Below are positions 57,240 to 64,000 of a stretch of 64,000 nt of DNA, piece by piece. The position numbers and the translations under genes are program-made. Source of the DNA: Octopus vulgaris (Eukaryota). The stretch is taken from the NCBI GenBank assembly GCA_951406725.2, contig OX597819.1, positions 35,836,001 to 35,900,000 of the forward strand. Reading direction: 5' to 3'. Under the pieces are notes generated by a model that saw nothing but the letters and a program-made list of their open reading frames with translations, did not search any database and was not told the origin of the DNA. Each line of letters starts with the position of its first letter. The stretch's first letter is position 1.

Positions 57240-58380
57240 TGTTCTCCCCTCAACATAGATACCATAACATCTTCAATAGAAACACTATTATGTTATCTAA
57301 CAACACCAAACTGAGCATGACTACTATTATTGCAGCTTCTAATAAGTGCAGACTTATGAGATACCAAGCCAGGATAACTGCCAGGGCTGGAGCTGATCAC
57401 TCCATTAATGTCTCTGGAGCCTGTACCACTTACAAACAAGCACATTGTGAAATACACTATGTTGAAACCCACAGCATTGGGTTCAGGGAAGTGTGTAGAT
57501 TTCACCACTCTGAGCAGATCTGGACTTTCTACCCAGGATTGTACTAACCAAACTATTTCTCTGCCATGTTCTACTCTGGGTGAAGTGAGGGTTGGACCAT
57601 TGGACTCTTGGTCCAGGGCTCACCATCCTGTAGTTGAAACTGTAAGGTCCCCATGAAATGCTACCTAGCTGGCTACTACATTTAGAATAACATGTATAAG
57701 TTCATGGTGAAGACTGACAATTGTAGCAGGTTTTACATCAGTACCATTGTGAGCACTGTGAATCCTTTTTCTAAGGAATGCTTGTGCATAGTGTAGGTTC
57801 TCTGCTTCATCTGTGGAGTATGTCCATTCTCTAACAGAGAGAGTGAAGTTAACTATACTTTGCAACAGTTTGTTTTGGGATTGCCTGGTCCTACCAGAGG
57901 TGAAAATGTAACTGCACACGTTGCACCATGGAGGGATTGAAAATTACATTATCTAACATTAACTCTTTACTTAATATGCAGAATGTAGAAGGATTGTTTA
58001 GTGTGCATAGGAAATCTCAGACCTTTTAACTCTACCAAGTGGGTTCTAGCAGTAACTATGACAGGACAGGCAAACCATCAGCCCTTGCTTTGAGTATTTT
58101 GTTTATATCTCTCCCACTGTGCTTTTGTATTGCTGAGCCTGCAGAATGCTGTTAGTTGTCTTTGTCCTAGATCAGACTACCCTTTTATTCCTTCCCCACT
58201 TATGCACCTTTGTCTCCTTTTCAAACAGTTTATGTCCACTCACTCTGCCTTCCTCTGATATCTCTTGGTGGAACTTTGATTCATCCTCTCACCATCTTCA
58301 AACACTTTGCATTATGTTACTGACCTTCTAATACACCAAGCTGCTTAAACTTTATCCTTATTTGCAACATATGCCTAAAT
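57240..58380 (+). pseudogene. Possible highly decayed DIRS-like element (RNase H / tyrosine recombinase)
   Basis: Scattered resemblance only: GWS, HSINV/LE, TTLSR, ..VRSP, LCIMLL in DIRS order, with many stops and frameshifts. Confidence 0.3.
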
Positions 58381-58607
58381 CTGTTAGATTTCCTTGATTC
58401 AGCTGCCTGCCATGGACACAGTTTGTGGACCATGTTTTAAAATGGTTGGAGTTTAAGTAATCTACTATTCCCTAACTTACACAACTTTTAAAATTACAAT
58501 TATTTTTTGCTATTTTCTATTATTATTATCATGATATGATAATAATTATTACTGCTATTGTTATTGCTGTTATTATTATTATCATTGTCGTCGTCATCAT
58601 CATCATT

Positions 58608-58968
58608 ATATGTTTGACTTTTGCTTTACATTTTTACAAGTTGACTCCAAGTCTCACCCAGAGACCTCAAGAGACAACAAGTTAGAAGTTCAAGTTGGTA
58701 TTATACCTAGGGTATCCCATATTTAGTTTTGCACGTCGTATTTGTTCTAGAGAATGTTTAAGAAAACATAAGGAAATATTTTGAATTTTTTTTTAAATTT
58801 GAGATTACATAGACAGTATTTTACATAGGATATGGGCACTTCCCATGAGCACTATCTTTTGAATTTCTGCCATTTTGGGGTTCCCTGATATCTGAGCTAG
58901 GTAGGAATCAACCCCTTTTGCTATCATTCCTTGGGCACCTATGACAACAGGTATTGTTTTAGTCTTGT
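58608..58968 (-). mobile_element. Dong/R4 3' fragment
   Basis: Reverse complement of ~20573-20928 (KTIPVVIGAQG..AEIQKIVLMG), next to an ATT-rich tract. Confidence 0.88.
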
Positions 58969-59013
58969 GGCAAACAGGATATTGGCCTATAATTGTCTAC
59001 CGTATTGCCCTTT

Positions 59014-59051
<38 letters not shown>

Positions 59052-59159
59052 TAATCCTCCTCCTCCTCCTCATCATCATCATCATCATTATCATCCTCAT
59101 CATCATCATCACCACCACCCTCCTCTCCTCCTCCTCCTCCTCCTCCTCATCATCATTAA

Positions 59160-59201
<42 letters not shown>

Positions 59202-60124
59202 GGCAGCGAGCTGGTAGAATCGTTTGCATGCTGGACAAAATGCTTAGCATCATTTTGTCCATCTTTACATTCTGAGTGCAAATTCTACTGTGGTTGACTT
59301 TGCCTTTCATCCCTGGGGTCAGTCTAATCAACTTACCTGCTCTCAAAATTTCAAGCCTTGTACCTATAGTAGAAAAGATCATTATCATTTTGTTAAGGTT
59401 GAGAGCTGGCAGGATTGTTTATGCATCTGACCAGGTGATTGGTAGCTTGTCTTCTAGCTCTTTATGTTCTGAGTTCAAATTCCACTGATATTGACCTTGC
59501 ATCTTTTTGTGGTCAGTGAATTAAGTACCATTTAAGCACTAAGCTAGATGTGATTAATTGACCCTTCCCCCAAAAAGGCCATGTGTCTGATTTATAAACC
59601 TTTGTTATTATTATTTATTATAATTATCAAGATTATTATGTGGCCCTCGTGCCAGTGGCACGTAAAAGCACCCACTACACTCTCGGAGTGGTTGGTATTA
59701 GGAAGGGCATCCAGCTGTAGAAACTCTGCCAGATCAGATTGGAGTCTGGTTCGCCAGACCTCAGTCAAATCGTCCAACTCATGCTAGCATGGAAAGCGGA
59801 CGTTAAATGATGATGATGATGATGATGATGATTATCATTATTACTATTATCATAAATATCATATATGGTGATTGTACTTTCATGGCTTGTAACAGGTTTG
59901 CTTGTGTCTGTGTGTTCGAGTTTTTAGGAGACTGTTGCACATGTGGATATATTTGTGATTGGGCCTGTGTGTATGAGTGTCTCTAAAGATTTGATATGTG
60001 TGTATGTGAAAAGCAGTGCCAGGTCATGTATCTACAATTACTCATGTTTTAAAACTTCATGAACTTGGTGACCTGCTGTCTGCTAAGCTGTTTCCTTGTG
60101 TGCTAGATAGATAGATAAATAGAT

Positions 60125-60196
<72 letters not shown>

Positions 60197-60263
60197 GGAT
60201 GGATGGATGGATGGATGGATGGATGGATGGATGGATGGATGGATGGATGGATGGATAGATAGA

Positions 60264-60294
<31 letters not shown>

Positions 60295-60295
60295 G

Positions 60296-60329
<34 letters not shown>

Positions 60330-60334
60330 CAGAC

Positions 60335-60389
<55 letters not shown>

Positions 60390-60971
60390 ATAGAAGACAA
60401 CCAAAGTGCTATCTTGTACGTCCAGAAACTTAAAATTTTATTAATCTTCATAACTTGCCTCAAACATTTAGCATTTTGTCATATGCTATGTTGACCTTTA
60501 TATTCTCAACCATTCTTTTTCCAGTTTGGCAACTTTATCTGCAACACTAACAAATTTTGCAAGGAGAACCAAGTCATATAAAAGGTTCTAAGAACTATAA
60601 TCAACAGAAGGAAACTGAAGATAGAGATTTAGTGCACACTTAACTTCTAAATTCCTCACTAAACTCTTTGTAAATTCTGTATTCAGCTTGAATCACTTTC
60701 ACAAGCTCTATATGAAGAGCTACTCTCTTAGCACACATCAGACTATAGTGTACAGGACTCTGTTAAAGATCTTCTTCAGATTCATAAAAGCTAATTAATT
60801 GTCTAACAACTCACAGGCTTGGTTGTGTGGTAAGAAGTTTGCTTCCCAACCATATGGTTCTGGGTTCAGTTCCATTATGTGGCACCTTGGGCAAGCATCT
60901 TCAACTATAGCCTCAAGTTGACCAAAGCCTTGTCAGTTGATTTAGTAGACAGAAACTGAAAGAAGTCCATA

Positions 60972-61003
<32 letters not shown>

Positions 61004-61014
61004 ATATATATATA

Positions 61015-61225
61015 TAAATGGAAAGTTTACAAAAATAAACAAAAGACGAAGACAGGTGGTATACAAAACAAACAGATGTATTAGTATAGCACTCAGGAAT
61101 AGAAAAAGTCTTTTACGTTTCGAGCCTACGCTCTTCTACAGAAAGGTACACAGAAAAAACAAGGAGAGAAAAAAAATGTGTGTAGTGGCTAACAATCTAT
61201 CATGGCGTCTGACTCGGACAAAAAT
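61015..61225 (-). mobile_element. Solo Penelope pLTR-like repeat with hammerhead-like motif (plus-strand copy at ~47375-47560)
   Basis: The two copies are reverse complements; motif CTTT-CTGTAGA-A-GAGC GTAG GCTC-GAAAC GTA-AAAG. Confidence 0.6.
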
Positions 61226-61505
61226 GATATATATATGTATATATATATATAACGTGCCGGTGGCACGTAAAAAACACCATCCGAGCGTGGCCGTTCGCCA
61301 GCCTCGTCTGGCACCTGTGTCGGTGGCACATAAAAAGCACCCACTACACTCACGGAATGGTTGGCGTTAGGAAGGGCATCCAGCTGTAGAAACACTGCCA
61401 GATCTGACTGGCCTGGTGCAGCCTTCGGGCTTCCCAGACCCCAGTTGAACCGTCCAACCCATGCTAGCATGGAAAGCGGACGTTAAACGATGATGATGAT
61501 GATGA

Positions 61506-61592
<87 letters not shown>

Positions 61593-62434
61593 AGTCCAAA
61601 GTGTACGTACGCCGCTATATCTTTTTATATATAAAAAATACAAAAAATGGGACAAGAACGCAAAACATCCAGACAGTCAGGTGATACAAAAAAGGGACAA
61701 CAAAACATCCAAACAGACAATACAAAGAAAACAAGGACTGGTCATTCGGAGTTGTGTGTATGTATGTGTGTGTGTCTTTTCATCTGTGTTTGTCCTCCAC
61801 CACTGATTGACAGCTGGTGGTACTTTGCTTACATCTCCACAACTTAGTAACTTGACAGAAGTGACCAATAGAATAAATACCTGAAAAAAATAAATTCTGG
61901 GTTTGATTTATTTGACTAAAATTCTTCCTGACAACACCCCAAAATGGCTACACTCTAATAACTGTAACAAATAAAAGACAAAAAGCATTAAATAAAATTC
62001 CAACATGCACGAAATTTGTCATTTTTGCTTCTTGTATTAGATCGTGAGAACAACAACAACAAAATGGTATTTATCCCAACCTAACCCTTTTGTTACCATA
62101 CTTCTATTGCAATACACTATCTTTGTTTTAGTTGAATTTAGAAAACAATGAAAAATTTAGTAAAATAACTTTGTTGTTGTTAAACTGATGTTTGGAATAT
62201 AAATTAGCATGAAATTTTGATGTGAGATTTCAATTTAGATCCTTTTAAACAGAAAGTTTTTAACATAGAACATAGGAGCGATGTCAGGCTGGTTGGTATT
62301 AATAGGATTAAAAATGTTAGAAGACAATATTGTGATAGTTACCATGAGAAAATCTCTCATATGGGCTTTTGGTGCATATAAGCATTCTTTTTTACATCAC
62401 CAGCATGAGATAAATCAAGCGCCATTGCCTTTAA

Positions 62435-63275
62435 CCCTTTTGTTACCATATTTCTGTTGAGATGCTGCTAACAAAGCACGTGGAGTTCTGTTTTTGATTC
62501 GATGGTCATTCGGAATGCTCACAGCATCCATATTCCTACCGCTCTATGTCACGCTGGTGAGATCCATATTGGAGTACGGGATTCAAGCCTCTTCTCCTTA
62601 TCTCCTCAAAGACATACATCATCTCGAAAGAGTCCAGAAGCTGGCTACCTGCATAGTTCTTGGTCTCAAGCATTTGTCTTATGAAGAAAGGCTGAAGACG
62701 CTCGACCTTTATTCTCTTGAAAAACGACGCCGCCATGGTGATCTCATTCTTGCTCACAACATCATAAGCGGAAAGTGTAATCTCTCGAAAGAGCTGTTCT
62801 TCACTCCTGCTCCAGAGTGTGGGCTGTGGGGTCACTCCGAAAAGCTCTATCTACGACGATTTCATCTCAATCAAAGGAGAGGGGCTTTCTCTGTCCGGGT
62901 TGCAGATCCGTGGAATAAGCTGCAGGACGAGATAGTGTAGATGCCGACGACCGCTTGGTTCAAAGTCTCTCTTGACCAGAAATGGCCTGAACTCTTTGTA
63001 TGACCACCCTCCCTGTACATAACTCCCTGTCCCCCTACATATCCTTGCTTTTGCTTTTTGAGCCAATAAAAATTGAATTGAATTGAATTGTTTCTTTTTA
63101 TTAATTTTAAATATAGCAAAGAATTTAGTAATATAACTTAGTTATCATTAAGCTAGTGTTAGGAACATAAATTATCACTAAGGTTTGGTGGAAGATTTTA
63201 ATTCATAACTTATGAAAACAAGATATTTGTGCTACAGAGCCAGAGCTGGTTTCAGCTGGGTTAGTAACAAAAGGG
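62435..63275. mobile_element. piggyBac-like MITE interrupted by CR1 (older related copy at ~62085-62310)
   Basis: TTAA|CCCTTTTGTTAC ... GTAACAAAAGGG|TTAA; the body matches 14681-14900. Confidence 0.88.
62464..63090 (+). pseudogene. CR1-clade LINE 3' fragment
   Basis: LYVTLVRSILEYG..LERVQKLAT..LSYEERLKTLDLYSLEKRRRHGDLI..FSVRVADPWNKL; AATAAA followed by an (AATTG)n tail. Confidence 0.92.
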
Positions 63276-63695
63276 TTAAAAAAAATTGGTGTTGTGTTTA
63301 CTTTCCTAGTGAGCACTATTACATCCCATGGCTCTACATTCTTGAAGAAGTGCAATAAAAGCTCTCTTAATTGTAGAATAGGAAAAAGTTGACAACCATT
63401 AAAATATGGCCTTCACCCTTTAAACATTCAGATTACTCTGTCAAGTGTAATGCTTATTTATTCACATTGGTTTGAATTAATCATGCACTATCTTATAGGT
63501 GCAAGTGTGACTGTGTGATAAGAAGTTTGCTTCCCAACCATGTGGTTATGTGTTCGGTCCCACTGCATGACACCTTGGGCAAGTATCATCTACTATAACC
63601 AACAGGCTGACCAAAGCCTTGTGAGTGGATTTGGTACATGGAAACTGAAAGAAGTCTGTCATATAAATATAAATATAAATAAATATATATATATA

Positions 63696-64000
63696 CTAGC
63701 AGTATCACCCGGTGTTGCTTGGGTTTGTTTCGACCCTTTAGAATTGGAATTTTTGAAATGTAAAAATTTTGCCTTAAGCAACTTGTTATTCTCTTCAAGT
63801 GAACATTTTTCCAGTTGAAATACACCGAAAAATGGTGACACAGCAGTCAAAAATCGTAAAAAAATAGGGGCTTTCATAGAAAAAAAGCACCTTTTTGATG
63901 TAAATAATTTTTGGTGTTAACATGGTCCGATTTGAATTTTATCTTCTACAGAATGAAGAGCAAACCTTCTTCTATCATACTCGCAATTTTGTTCAACTTG
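63696..64000 (-). mobile_element. Helitron 3' end, element continues beyond the window (similar short end at 48705-48734)
   Basis: Minus strand ACCCAAGCAACACCGGGT..ACTGCTAG|T, a hairpin plus CTAG, inserted at AT. Confidence 0.75.

Overview
This is repeat-saturated, non-coding eukaryotic DNA. The repeat families, the dense (TA)n/(CA)n/(AAT)n/(GAT)n/(AGAT)n microsatellites and the tRNA-derived SINEs point to a coleoid cephalopod, most likely Octopus (inference, not database-verified). I found no intact host gene; almost all listed ORFs are microsatellite or transposon artefacts. The window holds a young nested tandem duplication (568-13442) with a templated junction insert. It also holds a near full-length dead RTE-clade LINE (about 34526-41255) with a PHD finger inside ORF2, an ~830-bp insert of periodic AAAATTTT tracts and a hairpin-array 3' UTR. 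Other elements are a Penelope-like element with inverted terminal repeats carrying hammerhead ribozymes, Dong/R4 LINEs at (AAT)n tracts, Helitrons with PIF1 helicase remnants, a complete mariner (37-bp TIRs), piggyBac-like and other MITEs, and a loop-less ~495-bp palindrome with NRF1/ETS-like motifs. CR1, Gypsy and possible DIRS relics and three SINE families are also present. All calls come from reading by eye; boundaries are approximate unless a TSD or TIR is quoted.
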